A DNA stretch of 64,000 nt from Eledone cirrhosa (taxonomy: Eukaryota). Both the position numbers and the translations under genes were made by a program. Of the stretch, positions 35,567 through 61,669 are shown piece after piece (position 1 is the first letter of the stretch; the number at the start of each line of letters is the position of its first letter). The notes under the pieces were generated by a model. The model worked only from the letters and a program-made list of their open reading frames with translations, was not told the DNA's origin and made no database searches. The DNA lies in contig CAXHJY010000306.1 of the NCBI GenBank assembly GCA_964016885.1, positions 2,564 through 66,563 of the forward strand. The letters run 5' to 3'.

Positions 35567-35790
35567 AAGGGAGGTGGATTAGCAGTATTGGTAGAGTTTT
35601 GTACAACATGCTTTGTGGTATAGATTTACAGCCTTTTACATTCTGAGTTCAAATCCCACCGAGTTTAGCTTTGCCTTTCATCCTTATGGGGTCGATAAAA
35701 GAAAGTACCAGTAATACACGGGTTGATTTAATTGACATTCCCCTCTCCCCAAATTGTTGGCCTTGTGCCTAAACCTAAATCAGAAAAAAT
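35567..35790 (+). mobile_element. SINE (Nin/Deu-like) with a ~16-bp TSD, inserted in a TTAACCCT-ended MITE-like repeat starting at 35443
   Basis: TATTAAG(C/T)TGATGTTT at 35551 and 35791; GAGTTCAAATCCC B-box; GCCTTTCATCC..GTCGATAAAA; host repeat also seen at ~38135. Confidence 0.7.
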
Positions 35791-37219
35791 TATTAAGTTG
35801 ATGTTTGGAACTTTACTAAACAAAAATTTCTTAAGTAAAATTATGATAGAAGTTTTTAATATTAAGTATGGACAAATTTTAACATGCAGTTTTGTATCAT
35901 AAAACTAGGGTTTAGTTTCAGGATTTTTGGTATCAAAAGGATTATAGTTTGTTTACCCAGTTTAACACCACTACCTTGCCCTTGGGTGACTTTAGTGGTG
36001 TCCACTCTGTTGCAAGCTTTCAAACCAAGTCTCTTTGAGGGTAGCTTCTTCCTACTCACCCATCAGTCATGGAGACTCAGAAGATGGCCATTGGCACAGT
36101 TTTCTCCTTCCTGACAAAACAATAAAAAAAAATCAAGGTAGAGCATACTTTGAAGTTTGTCTCTAAAATTGAATCAATTATAATAATATACCATGTATGT
36201 TTGTATATTTGTGTATATCTCTATCTATGACTCTTTAAAATTTACACAAGCAACGAACGCACACACACACACACACACACACACTGAATTTCCTATGTTG
36301 TTACAATTAGTTCACTTTCCAATCAAAATCCTGGGTTCTAACCCCCCCCCCCCCATCTCTGAGCTAAGCACCTTATCAAAAAACGTTACTCCAAAGACCC
36401 TTCAGAATCCCTTTTAGCCCTTGTATTCGCGATCATATTCTTTCAGTCATTATGCAAGATTTATAACACCAAATTGAAGATAGTGAGTTTGGTTTTAAAA
36501 TCTACCACCAGTCTTCTGATGACTGAGTGATGAAGCTGATGTATTACTCCAGCAATTCTTGCATTTAATTCAGCCTCCTGCCTTCTATCACACATGATAC
36601 TTGAACTTCTCCACCTGCTTCAGTGTAACTCCACTCATTGTTCATAAAATCATGAAGCTATAATACTTTGTTTTGTTTATCAAGCTGAGTGAAAAAAAAA
36701 AACTGTTCTGTGTAATCTTGTTGACCATGGATAATTTTTATTGATCTTTTAGTAGCTTGTAGTTTAAGTTGTGTGGTTATTTACACTTCCATCGTTCACT
36801 TGCTCAGCTCTAACATTGCAGTCTTTACATAGCGTTTCATCAAATGTATTCAACATTACTGTTCTAACTTTCTCTGCAATCCCCTGCCTCACTTAATGCA
36901 ATATACTTTTTATACTTCAATAATGGAATTTATATCATCATCATCACCATTATCATTGTGTTGAATACTGTAGTAGTAATGTAACTGTGATCACTTAGAT
37001 TGGTAAATACATGTATATCACAACACTTCCACTCATACAGATCCACAACTTGTTTGTTGCCTGGCTAAGTAATTAATAAAGGATGAACACTGTTATGGTA
37101 AAAGCGAGTTTTTTTCTGTTATTTAAGGGTTGCAGGTTTGAACATTACATCTTTGTTCTTTACTCATACATGTGATATACACCTCCTGTTCTGTAGTAGT
37201 AGAATAGTAAAGTACTTGA

Positions 37220-37360
37220 TTGGTACTTTATTTTATCAAATCTGGACAGATGAAAGGGAAAGTTGACCCTGGCAGGATATGAACACAGAATATAAAGAGC
37301 CAGAACATATAGCACAATGGTATTTTATCCTCCCCTCTACCACTTTTGCCAACCCACCAC
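37220..37360 (-). mobile_element. SINE copy (Nin/Deu-like family)
   Basis: Same core as 25302-25518. Confidence 0.6.
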
Positions 37361-37599
37361 CCAGCAGTGAGGGTGTTGACAATATTAAGTTGGATTAGAT
37401 CTTTCAGAATATCTAGTTTGTTATTTCACTGTTCTTAGTTTAAATCTTAACAAAGTCAATTAATTAAATAGGCTAGATATTTGGTTATTATTGTCGGCTA
37501 TTTCTCCCCATTCACATAAATGTGTATGTAACTATTCAAAAGAAATCCACACACACTCACACACTACAATCACTACACTGCTGTTGGACCTTCATCATT

Positions 37600-37915
37600 T
37601 CTGATGACCAGTGCTCCTGTTGATTTAATCAACAGAGCTACCTACTTGTGAAATTAATGTGTTAAGTGGCTGCGCATTCCACAGACACACACATGCACCT
37701 TTAATGTAGTTCTCAGCTAGATTTCATGTGACATAATGTGTGACAAAGCTGGCCTTGAGAATTACAGGCACCACTCATTTGTGCCAGCTGAGTGAACTGG
37801 AGCAATGTGAAATAAACCATCTTGCTCAAGGACAAATCACCACCCAGTCTGGAAATCGAATTCACGAGCTTATGAATGTGAGCTGAACACTAACCACTAA
37901 GCCATGTACCTTCAC
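37600..37915 (-). mobile_element. tRNA-derived SINE with the same head as 19091
   Basis: Reverse complement reads CATGGCTTAGTGGTTAG..TCCTTGAGCAAG..TTTATTTCACATTGCTCCAGTTCACTCAGCTG. Confidence 0.7.
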
Positions 37916-38904
37916 CAATCACTACATACCATACTTTATAATGTATTACTGTTTTGTATGGCTTTTGGTAAATAAAGAAATTATTACTTGGACAGATTTG
38001 ACAGTAAACATAACTAGATGAAATGACCTACAGTATTTAGTACTTTTCATCCTGTGCATCTCTTTAAAGTTATTATGAAGGAATGATATAAAATATACAC
38101 CAGTAATGTACAGTAATCTCCTATAACAATTATTCAAGCCTTTCGTTACCATATTCCTTATGAAAAACACTGCCTGTGTTTCAAATTTTGAAAATAATCA
38201 AGAATTTGGAGGGATTTAGTAATATAACTAATATTCTCATTATTAAGCTGGTGTAAGGGTAGTGGATTGTTAAAATCATCAATCAATTCTACCAATCGTT
38301 AGCATCGGATAAAATGCTTTGCAACATTTATTTTCAGCCCTTTACATTTTTTAGATAAATACAAACACTTTAACCCTTTTGTTACCAACCTGGCCAAAAC
38401 TGGCTCTGGTTATATGAAATAAAGTCACCCATTTTAAAGGTTTACAGTTTAAATAAAAATCTTCCAACATAATTTTATATAAGAACCTTACATTAAGTTA
38501 CTATCTTAAGTAATGAAATAATTAATAATTTTAGTAAATCTCTCAAAATTCTTCCTTAATTAATTGTTTCAACCATTTCCAACATTTTAAAACTAGGGAA
38601 AATAGATGTTGAATGTTGATAATAGCAATAATTATTATTAAATACAGTTATAATTTTGTAGTTGTTTCAAATAATGTTTTCCTAATACAGTGGTTCATAA
38701 ACTTTTCATTACTAATGACCCCCTTTATTTAAAAAAATGAAAACAACTTTTTCACAGGCCCCTGCTATATATATTTACTCCTCTCCCAGATTGTTAGACA
38801 GCGAGAATAACAACTAAAAGGGGAAACTGTTTATACTTAAAGAAAAATAGACACCCAAATAGCATGTGCATATTATGTTTTTTAGCAAAAGTATTTGAAA
38901 TTTT

Positions 38905-39065
38905 GTAGGTGGCAAATAGGCAGAGTTGTTAGAACGTTGGATAGAATGTTTTGTGGTATCTGTTTTGGCTCTCTGCTTTCTGAGTTCAAATTCTGCTGAG
39001 GTCAACTTTACCTTTCATCCATTCAAGGTTGATAAAAAAAGTACCAGTCGAATACTGGGGTTGAT
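38905..39065 (+). mobile_element. SINE copy (Nin/Deu-like family)
   Basis: GAGTTCAAATTC..CCTTTCATCC..GATAAAA..AGTACCAG. Confidence 0.7.
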
Positions 39066-39564
39066 TCTTCCTCTATATCTCTTTCTCACTTCCATTCTCT
39101 CACTCGCTCTCTATTCTTCTCTGGAAGAAATCTGCTGTATCAGACCTGGAGAGGAGATGTGATCCACCAGGTTTAAAAAATGCCCTAAAAATGCTGTATT
39201 TCAATATGGCGTCCTTACAACTCCCTCAGGAATTAAAGGACTAAGGGACAAGAGACTTGAAATTTTAAACTTAACTCAAAGACCCTGAGTGCTATATCTG
39301 CAGACCTCACTGGGTCTGCAGATACCAGGTTGGGAATCACTTGTGTAGAATATATTTAGTGCAATGTTGTCAGGGAATTTTAGTTGCTTGTTACAGCTTT
39401 GACAGTGGAAATCATTCCATTTTCATTTACCCCCACCCCCACCTCATTGCATAATCTAGTTATATTTTAAAATGGAATGGTTACTGGTTAGAAAAGCCAT
39501 TCAGCGGTAATAAATACTTCTGTTCATCAGAGTGTGTATATATATATGTGTGTGTGTGTATGTA

Positions 39565-40035
39565 TAAAAAAGTGCAGAGCACTAGAAGTCGATGGAAGCC
39601 TTGGATTGGGGAGACCCAAGAAGACCTGGGATGAGGTGATAAAGCCGACCTTACCCAATTGCACCTCTCAAAGGACCGTGACCTCTGGCGTCATGCAGTA
39701 ATACAGAAGACCCGACTTCCCACGGGTATAAACTGAAGCATATAGACAATATGCTGTCATCCCTTCCCACTGCAAAGTGGTCGTGGAGGTGCCATGACAA
39801 AAAAAGCACCCACGCTACACTGTAAAGTGGTTGTGTAGGCTCCATGGAAAAAAAGCACCCAGCACTTACTGTAAATGAGGTTGGTGTTAGAAAGGGTATT
39901 CAGATGTAGAAATCAAGCCAAAATCAGTTCCCGTATGAGCAAGAAAAGGTCACACGACCTGGCACTGCCCACAACAGGACAACCCGTCCAACCCATGCTA
40001 GCGTGGAAGAATGGATGTAAAATGGTGATGATGAT
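39565..40035 (+). mobile_element. RTE 3' fragment
   Basis: Homologous to 23965-24552 (GGGAGACCCAAGAAGACCTGGGATGAG, CCCATGCTAGCGTGGAA, (GAT)n). Confidence 0.8.
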
Positions 40036-40204
40036 ATATATATATATATGTGTGTGTGTATATATGTGTATGTGATGTGCCCTTGATGTTTCTCTTCATA
40101 GCTATTGAAAGGTTCAGCAATATTTCTAGAGAAACTGAAATAGAGAACAAATGAAATTTAGTTTCATCTCGACTTTGTGTTACCCCTGCTTAATAGGGAT
40201 AAAA

Positions 40205-40490
40205 CTTAATTAGGGAAACCTAGGTTTAGTAAGGACAACACTAAATCAGGGAAACCTAGGTTTAGTAGGGACAACACTTAATCAAGGAAACATCACTTAT
40301 TTTTAGTAGGGACAACATTTGGTCGTGTCACCTATGTCTAGTAGGGACAACAATGTGTTGTTTCATATGTTTAGTAGGATCAGCAATGTGTTGTGTCACC
40401 TATGTTTGGTAGAGATAACAATGTTTTGTGTCCTCTATGTTTAGTAGGGACAACAACGTGTTGTGTCACCTGTTTAGTAAGGACAACAGT
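40205..40490. repeat. ~37-40-bp minisatellite
   Basis: Repeated CCTATGTTTAGTAGGGACAACA..GTGTTGTGTCA units. Confidence 0.8.
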
Positions 40491-40544
40491 TGGTTAGGGA
40501 ACTGTTGATATTAACTGTGTTTTCCCATTATCTGAATTATTTAA

Positions 40545-40825
40545 CATCAGATGTAGTGTGCAAGAGAGAATATTGCACTGGTATGGAGATGTGATGCTTA
40601 TGGAAAATGATCACTAGGTGCAGAAGTGCTAAGAAATTCCAGTAGGATGAAACCTTTGGAGGAAGACTAAGGGAAACCTAGGTGGTGAAAGGTGATTCCA
40701 AATCACTAAAGCTCACAGAGGAGATAACGAAGGAACGCATTTAGTGGCGGGATGCTGTGCTGAAAAAGACCAGTCCAACCTCATGCAAGCATGGAAAAGC
40801 GGACGTAAAATAATGATGATGATGT
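40545..40825 (+). mobile_element. Old RTE 3' fragment
   Basis: ATCAGATGTAGTGTGCAAGAGAG..CATGCAAGCATGGAAAAGCGGACGTAAAA, (GAT)n; similar to 29050-29280. Confidence 0.6.
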
Positions 40826-41470
40826 CATTCATCAACACAAATTATAGACATGTTATTATGAACTCATAAATGTTTAACTTTATTTCAATTGAACTCATCA
40901 TCCTGCTCAATATTGTGGCCCCTTTTTCAACCACTGATCGCACTTGTGTAACTTGGTGGTTCCTATTTACTTTGTTATTTCATAGGAAGAGGTTGGAGGT
41001 TGGGAATCTCTTCAAAAGTCAATGTAAAACTAAGTCTTATGTTCACAAAAAACAAAAAAACAAAAAAAAAAACTCTTCATTATTTCCATTGACATCAGTT
41101 GATTAGAAATGCCATTTCTGATAACTAACATACAGGTGTGAAGCAGGTGTGGCTTGTGTAACTCTGAGAGTGAGGAGAGTATGTGTGTGCCAGCTACTGT
41201 TGTGATGGTACCACTGCCATCTGTGTCAGCAGCAGCAGCAACAACAACAACAACAGCTGCAGCATCAGTAGCAAACAACTGCATGTATACAGCTTGTTAT
41301 GTTGGTGTTAGCACTTTTATATGTTACTTGCTTTGTGGACATAGCTAATATCTGAGAGAGAGAGAGAGATTCTGACACTTCTGTATATGTATACACTGCA
41401 CACTAAGTGTAGTAGTAGTAGTGGTGGTAGTAGTAGCAGCGACATTTCTAGGATTGGCGGCACCACCACC

Positions 41471-41501
<31 letters not shown>

Positions 41502-42648
41502 GCAGCAGCAGCAAAGTTTATGATGTGTCACAATAACTGCAGATACGGTTTTTACAACTGACAGAATTTATACATCTGCTTCTACCATTACTAATACTGT
41601 AACTACTGACAAGTTTTTTTTTTCTATTAAATTTTTTAAAATTATTTTATTTCTTCAGCTCTCATTGCTTATAGTGTAATAGTGTGTGCTACAACAAACA
41701 CACTAGCTCTACTATCACTACTACTGGCTGTAGTATTCTACTGCTTCCATCAGAGCCAGCACTAGTATTTATTGCCTTTAGTATGTTACTTTACTGTGTT
41801 TGTGCTGTCACTGTAAGCTGTAAGTGTTTATATGTGAAGCTGTCAGTGTGTGTATGTAGCAACAGAGAAAAACAGCAGCAGCAGATAGAATGAGAGAGAG
41901 ACAGTGATAAAGAGAGAGAAAGAGAGAGAGAGGTAGTCATACACACACGCCTACTAGATTCAAGCGAAATGAGCGAAGATTTTAGCTCAGGCCTTTGTTT
42001 ATATCTTCTTCTTACTGGCTCTTCTGCTGGGTGTAGTATTATTGCCTTGGTGTGCAGGTGTAGCTTGCCAACTAGAATGTATGATTGCCAGAGGAGAGAA
42101 TGACGGACCACCAGCTCAGAGAAGAAGACCTCACTGACATTTACTACCACCATAACACAACTAGAAGATTGGCTCTCAGCTACAGCCATTTGTTGACCTA
42201 ATAGCTTTATTTTCAATGTCCTGGACACATTGCATTCTACTTAACTACATACAGAGTGAATCATAATAACATCACAGATTATTGACCTGACCTGACCTCA
42301 CTTTGCTTAATCACAAGAAACTACATGTTTTCTGCATGCAACAAGACATCAACGCCACACACACACACACACGCACATGCACACAGACATATATATATAT
42401 ATACACTTTCATATACACGCACACACATACAGAATGCCAGCTTGATTTCCTCCAAATTGATATCGAATCAGTAATTTGAAGTAAGCCAAGTACATTGTGA
42501 TATAATTCTGGTGTGACCTGTCCTAGTTTTCACCTGACATTAAAAAAAGCACATACATAACTTGCCACACACACACACACATATTTACATATATATCTAT
42601 ATCCATACACATATTATTTATTATCATTAATATTATTATTATTAATAC

Positions 42649-42681
<33 letters not shown>

Positions 42682-42796
42682 GCAACAGCTTGGGACATTT
42701 GACCTGATGTGACCTAACAATGCAGCATATTAATACACAACCAACATACCAATTTATATAGCACACATCGTTATATTTAACTCAAGGCAGGGTATA

Positions 42797-42839
<43 letters not shown>

Positions 42840-43385
42840 GGTATATATATATTTCTATACATATATACAAAAAGAGTGAGAGAGAAAAGGAAGAAAGAGA
42901 AAGGGGGAGAGAGAGACAGAGATTGTGTGAGAGTGAGTGTGCGAGAGCTGTAAAGATATGTGACCTGGCTCGACCTGACCTAAAAATGCAATACTTCATG
43001 TATTAACACCTTTGTAACATGCACCGACAAGCAATATATACCATCCACACCGCATCTAATGTTACAAACTAACAATTGTATTATTGCTGTAAGCTGTACA
43101 AAATCTTGGAGACCACCAACAGAAGGGTGCCAATGAAAAAAAAGTGGTAGGCATTGATTTTTCATTTTATTCCATTAACTACTCAAATGTTTTCTTCATT
43201 CTATATAGCTTTTCTATGCACTCTTCTTTTTCTTCTTCATTCTTCTCTCTTTTCGTTCTCTCTCTTTCATTCATTATACTTGTTCCTGCACGCACTTCTT
43301 TTTCTATCTATCTCTATATATCTATCTAAATGTGCGCGCCTACATATATACACAAACACACATATTCGTACACACACACACACAG

Positions 43386-43429
<44 letters not shown>

Positions 43430-45356
43430 ATGCACACATTTCAGAGACTGCACATCACGTGTATCGAATGTAGTGAGTTTGTCAGAGCTCAGTGTTTGTT
43501 GCACACACACACACACGCACACACACACACGCACGCACGCGCACACACACACACACATTGTGTCTTTTTGTTATTCTGGAAGTTAGTGAAAATATTCTCT
43601 TCAAGTATCATTCCGGCAATAAAGCTACAGGTTTGGGATTTCACTTGGTGTTCAAATGTATAACTACCTTTCTTTCTTTCTGTCTGTCTGTCTGTCTGCA
43701 TGTCTGTCTGTCTGCATGTCTGTCTGTCTGTATGTATGTATGTATGCATGCATGTATGTATGTATGTGCGTATATATAATAAATGTATGCATGTATGTGT
43801 ACATGTATGTATGCATGTATGCATTTGAATATATATACATGTATGTATATGCATATATATATATGTGTATTTATGTGCGTGTGTATGTGTGTGTGTATGC
43901 TTGTGTGTGCGCACCTCTGTGTATATGTGTGCGTGTGTTATGTAAAACTGCTTCCTGTTCTTGCGAGTTCATTGCTCCCACTTACCTTTCAATAACGATA
44001 TCTCATAACTGATATTACATGTTATAACATAAGCAATTAGCGAATAAGTGTCTGTGTGGAACAACAATATTTTAGGTTTGATAAAACGTCTTGTCATTGC
44101 GTTATTTTTTTAAATTGCCAGCTGTAGATAAATTGGAGAGAGATAGAGAGATGGGATATTGGCAGGGCAAGTATTAGAACTAGTTTTCTGTGATTTCACT
44201 GCCAATAAACTTTAAGACATTTTTGGCTGTTGGTGGCAACACATACATATTTACTCGTGTATAGGTCGCACCGGTAGATAAGTTGCACCTCCATTTTACA
44301 GGCAACATTTATTTACAATGTATCGTATATACCTCAATTTGATGTTTTATAAGGTTCAATGAATAAGTCGCATGTTTTTGCTCTTTTTTTTTTTTTTTTT
44401 CCACGTAACATTTTCTGGGTGGAAAAGCTGCGACTTATACACGAATATATATGGTATCTATGTTGTATGGTTGTATGAAAGTAGACAGGTATGATGATAG
44501 ATGCTATTAGCTTTAAATTAAGCCTAACCACCATGAAAATACTGCTGTATGTTGCAGTTTTTTTTCCTTGGGTACATTCTTTTAAAAAACATCAACACAC
44601 ACACACACACACACACACCATCTGATGATTGCATAGCTTTGTTCACTTGGCTCAAAACATTGGTTCAAATGTGACAACTTTCACAAGCAACTTGGAAATG
44701 TTACTAATGATGCTCATCAGGAGTTGTGTTGTTGTTTTTAACCTACCTACCCATCTACCTACCTACCTACCTACCTACTTACTTACTTACCTATCTATCT
44801 ACCTTATGTTAGCAACAATATGTGTGTTACATTAACAACATCGTTATATAAGTAGATGATGTTACAACTTGCTACTTAGTAAACTATTTCACACAAACAG
44901 CAATAGCTGTTTGGCTCTTCTGAATTACACACACACACACACACTCACACACACACATACGCATGTTAATTTATTGATGATTTGTTAACATCTATTATAA
45001 TAATATACTCCTATATGAGTATATTATATTAAGTCGCACCTCTGTTTCATCTACAACATTTTTACAGTGTATCATATATTTTGAAATGAGGTTTTGTAGG
45101 TCCAGTAGATAAGCCTCATGCTGGTTTTCCCTCGTCGTATATTCGTGGGATTTGAACACGAATATGGTAATTGATACCACGTCAATCACAAATAATTGTT
45201 TCTACGTTAGGCACAAGGCCAGCAAATAACCCAGAGCATTACTGGTACTTTATTTTATCGATCCCGTAAGGATGAATGTTTGTTTACACACACGTAAACA
45301 CGTTACACAATCACACACGTGTAACACAAAAGTTGAATTTGTGTAACTGATTGTGC

Positions 45357-45417
<61 letters not shown>

Positions 45418-45419
<2 letters not shown>

Positions 45420-45680
45420 AGTTAAACAAGATTCAATGAGTACATCAAAGAATGAGTTTTACAGTAGATTGGAAGCACTCTACAGATAAATAATTTTCCA
45501 GAGTTATTAATATTAAAATACAAATATTAATAAAATACTACCTTGATTAAATCTTAACCATTTAACATCTCAGGGTATGTCATGTATCATTATATTTTGT
45601 CTGATGAGGACGTACTGTTGTACCTCTGAAATATGTATAATAAAATTTAATTGATCAAAAGAACTTCTATTTTATTAATA
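45418..45680 (+). mobile_element. Short PLE-like 3' remnant with a hammerhead core, inserted in (TA)n
   Basis: RLEALY-like GIY-YIG end, then CUGAUGA-GGACGUAC uguu GUACCUCU-GAAA-UAUG-UA at 45601-45637, then AATAAA. Confidence 0.5.
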
Positions 45681-45684
45681 TTTA

Positions 45685-45777
<93 letters not shown>

Positions 45778-45797
45778 TTTATATATATATATATATA

Positions 45798-45831
<34 letters not shown>

Positions 45832-45889
45832 TTTATATATATATATATTTATATTTATATATATATATACATATATATATATATTTATA

Positions 45890-45926
<37 letters not shown>

Positions 45927-45999
45927 TGTTGGTTTATTTCATTCAACGAGATATTAGCTGAAATAAACTACATTTCTCTCTCAGAAGTAATGATATTAA

Positions 46000-46480
46000 C
46001 TCTAATTTCTAATTTAGGCTCATGGTTAGCAATTTAACAAACAACATTTTGGGGTGACGGGGAATAGATTAAATCGACTGGTACTTTACTTTTCCGATCT
46101 CCGAATGATGAAAGGCAAAGTTGACTTCAGCGTGATTTGAACTTAGAACATAAAGTGCCGGAACAAAATACCGCAACGTATTTTTGTCTGACGCTGTAAC
46201 GATTCTACTAGTCCACCACCTTTCCACCAATCCAATCCATTCCAATTCAGTTCAATAAATAATCGTTATTTCTAAATTTAAGCACAAGGTCAGCAATTTT
46301 GTAGGTAAGGGGGAAAGTCGACTATATCGACCCCAGTACGTAATTAATACTTTTTTTTATTGACCTCGAAAGGATGAAAGGCAAAGTTGACTGCCGCGGG
46401 TTTTGAACTCAGAACGTAAAGAGCCGGAAAAAATGCCGCAAAGCATTTGTCTGACGCTCTAACGGTTCTGCAAATCCACA
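46000..46480 (-). mobile_element. Two tandem SINE copies (Nin/Deu-like family)
   Basis: GATGAAAGGCAAAGTTGAC..TTTGAACT.AGAAC at ~46107 and ~46373. Confidence 0.8.
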
Positions 46481-48529
46481 ATAATAATAATTATCATTGC
46501 AGCTGATTGGAGAACCACTCTGTTCAGGTGACCGTGTGTTCAACTTGTGACATTGCCGCTCATTGTCTGCCCTACTAACCCCTCTCTCTCTCTCACTCAC
46601 CGTGATTCTCTTACTCTTTGTCTGTCTGTGTCTCTCTGTCTCACCAACTGTCTGTCTCTTTCTCTTCCTTCTCTTTCTCTCTCTTTCCTTCCCTAGTAGT
46701 CCTACTACTCGTTCTTCTAGAGGCTAGCATGACCCAGATAAAATAGCCTACATTTCGGAGGGAGAGAAACCCCCGCCTCTGCCTCTCCACGTTTCTCCTC
46801 TCCTGAATCGATACAGATTCCATCCAGCCTTCCTCCTTTATATTTTGACACAGCAGATGTAATTGACGGTATTTTTGTTGTTGTTGCTGTTGTTTGGTTA
46901 ATTGGTTTGTTTATATATACATATACATATATCTATATATTTGTATGTGCTTGTTTAGTTGTTGATGATGATGACGTGTGTGTGTGGTAATGGGGGATGG
47001 GTGCCACCTATTAAGGGCATGTGAACTGGGAGTAAAGGACGTCGGGGGGGGGGGGTAAGATAGAGAAAGAGAGAGCTTCTATTGTCACTGGTTCCGTTGT
47101 TGTTAAAAAAACAAAACGTTCTCCTTACGCCCCACCCACCAAAAACAAAATTATGATGGATGGTGATGGTGGGGCTGATTCGATCTCATTCTCATCCTCT
47201 AATAATTAGGTTAAGAAAAAAAAAAGGCCGCCAGCTTTTACAGATGCTATTGTTGGTCGTATGGTTGTGCTGTTTCAATGTTGGCAGCAGATATTGTTAA
47301 TGTGTGAGCACGAGAGAGAGGGGGAGAAGAGAGCGTTAGTTGTGTTGAATGAAAGACAGAACTAGAGCGGACACTTTTATACTACGATTGCAGCAGATGG
47401 CTTCTTTTCTTCCTACATGGTTTTATCGCGCCGATATTCACCACATGTAATGATGTGTTTCTCTCTCTTTCTCTCTCAACATTACACGAGCGCACATGCA
47501 ATAATATATACATATATATACGTATATATACATACATGCACTGGGATAATTGCTGGCCTTGTGCCAATAGTAGAACCAATTATTATATATATACGTTTAC
47601 ACACACACACATGTATATATGTATAATTTCGAGATGTTATTGAAGTTGATGAAATTTATTGTACTGTAGAGGATAGTGACTTAGTAAAAAGTGTCATTGT
47701 AAATACAAATACTACAATAGTATATGACTGACAGAGATGTCACAGTATTACAATAGAACTTGATAGGTAAGCTTTTAATTCTGCTGCTGCTGCTAGTCAC
47801 AGAACATAATCGACAACTTCTTCATACATGCTTTGACGTAACTTAACTTTTTTCTACTTTTGCCTACTTTGTATTACATCTCTCCCTCACTTTCTACCCC
47901 TCTCTTTATTTCTCTGTCATATGTGTGTGTGTGTGTGTGTGTATATACATAAGTATAAATATATCTATGTGCATACACACACATATATCATATATATATT
48001 ATACATTAGGTATACATGCATACAAACATACATATATATATTATTATTTAAATTTCTTCGTGTATACATTTACAGTTGTACAATCTTTGTCAAAACATGT
48101 TACTATTAGCTGTAACAGGAATTCATTAATTGTCAATATGTATATATGTGTGTGTAAACATATTAACTATATTCACATGCATGTGTGTAAATATGTACGT
48201 GTGGACATATGCGTGTGTGCGCCTCTCTTCTCCGTATTGTACCGTAATACTCCCCTATTGAAAAAGATAAAAAAAAGACAAGCAAGAAAAAAGAATATAG
48301 GGGAGTACTTTGTACTGAGAAATCAAAATCTGATACGACTGATTCTTTATCAATCCTAATTAGAACTCATACAGTTCTGATTCGAGGGAAGATTTTAGCG
48401 TGATAAGAAATAAAATTCATAATTATGTGTCAGTTTCAAACAGATTTCCCTTAGTTGCGACACAAAAAGTAATAGATGAGCGATTACTTAATGTTACAAG
48501 AAATCTCTTTCTTTCTCACTACACTCCAC

Positions 48530-52607
<4,078 letters not shown>

Positions 52608-53019
52608 TGGGAGAGATGACCCCTTAGACTTTGTCAAGGCAGAATTCTAGGAGAAGGAAAACTCTGATATAACACCTGCAACCCTGATGGTATCCAATGA
52701 TGTTGACTTGTTCTTCTTTTTGGTAAATATCATCTTGGTTAAGAGAGTGGGACTGGCTTTGTGCAGTGCCTTTGCTCACTATAAAAGCTTCACGGCACAG
52801 GCATTGCTTTATATCTGGAGATCTCTCTGCACTTGTCGTCACATGGTACCATGGGCCCAGCACTATGTGTCAATAATTGTCACAAGTGTAGTGTTTGTAC
52901 CAGAGCTTTCAAGTCGCTGGCTGGACTAAAAAGTCACACTCGTTCAGCGCATCAGTAGGGGTTCTCCTACATGGATATAAAGTAGTGGCCGTACTCGAAA
53001 ACGAGTTGGCAGCCACCAT
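52608..53019 (+). mobile_element. 5'-truncated copy of the RTE-derived non-autonomous retroposon
   Basis: Near-identical to 11359-11770; encodes [25 protein letters not shown]; TA on both sides. Confidence 0.88.
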
Positions 53020-60166
<7,147 letters not shown>

Positions 60167-60850
60167 ATCATCATCATCATCATCATCATCAACGTTTAAC
60201 GTCCGTGTTCCACGCTTGCATGGGTTTGGACGGGGGTAGTCCCACTTGAGGCAAGAGTGATTGTCTTGCTCGCATAGGACTGTCTGGCAGGTTTTCTACA
60301 GTTGGATGCCCTTCCTAACACCAACCACATTTACAGTGTGGGTCTGGGAGGTTTTTACCGTGTTGCCTACACGGCCACATTACAGCGTGGACTGTGTGTT
60401 TTTTTGTCGTGACACCTACACGATCTCATTTGTTTCGGCCTCGATGGCGCGGCACCAACATAACTTTACATAGAACGGGGTGGTGTGGATCGGGTGGGGG
60501 TGGTGGGACGGGGTGTATTTTGTTAGAGATGTCTACTGGCTGGAGTAGGTTTTACTATATATTTAGGTAAGGCGGGTCTTCTCTGTTACTGAGTACCGCC
60601 AAAGGTCTCGGTCCAGTGACATTGTCTTGGAGAGGTGTAAGTGTGTGATGTCGGAGTTTATCAGCTCGTCCCAGGTTTTTCTAGGTCTGCCTATTCCGTG
60701 ACTACCGTCTATCTTTATTGCCCTGTACTTTGTTATACAGCTATCGACTTTCATGCGCATCACGTGTCCATACCAACGTAGCCTTCTCTCGAGTAAACAA
60801 CATCTGATCCCTCTTATCTCTAATTTATTCCTTAGTTCGTTTATGCTTTG
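60167..60850 (-). mobile_element. RTE 3' fragment (ORF C-terminus, 3'UTR, (GAT)n tail) within (TA)n
   Basis: Minus strand [27 protein letters not shown]; homologous to 23880-24552. Confidence 0.88.

Positions 60851-61669
<819 letters not shown>

Noticed and set aside
38689-39343. hAT/Charlie-like MITE (CAGTGGTTC..GAATCACTTG); similar possible ends at ~31346 and ~34322
   Set aside because: Imperfect TIRs and no matching 8-bp TSD; cannot be supported
40205-40490. Regularly spaced repeats resembling a CRISPR array
   Set aside because: Spacers are similar to each other, the context is eukaryotic and there are no cas genes; it is a minisatellite
41791-42228. 145-aa minus-strand ORF
   Set aside because: No recognisable domain; runs into (CT)n and (CA)n repeats
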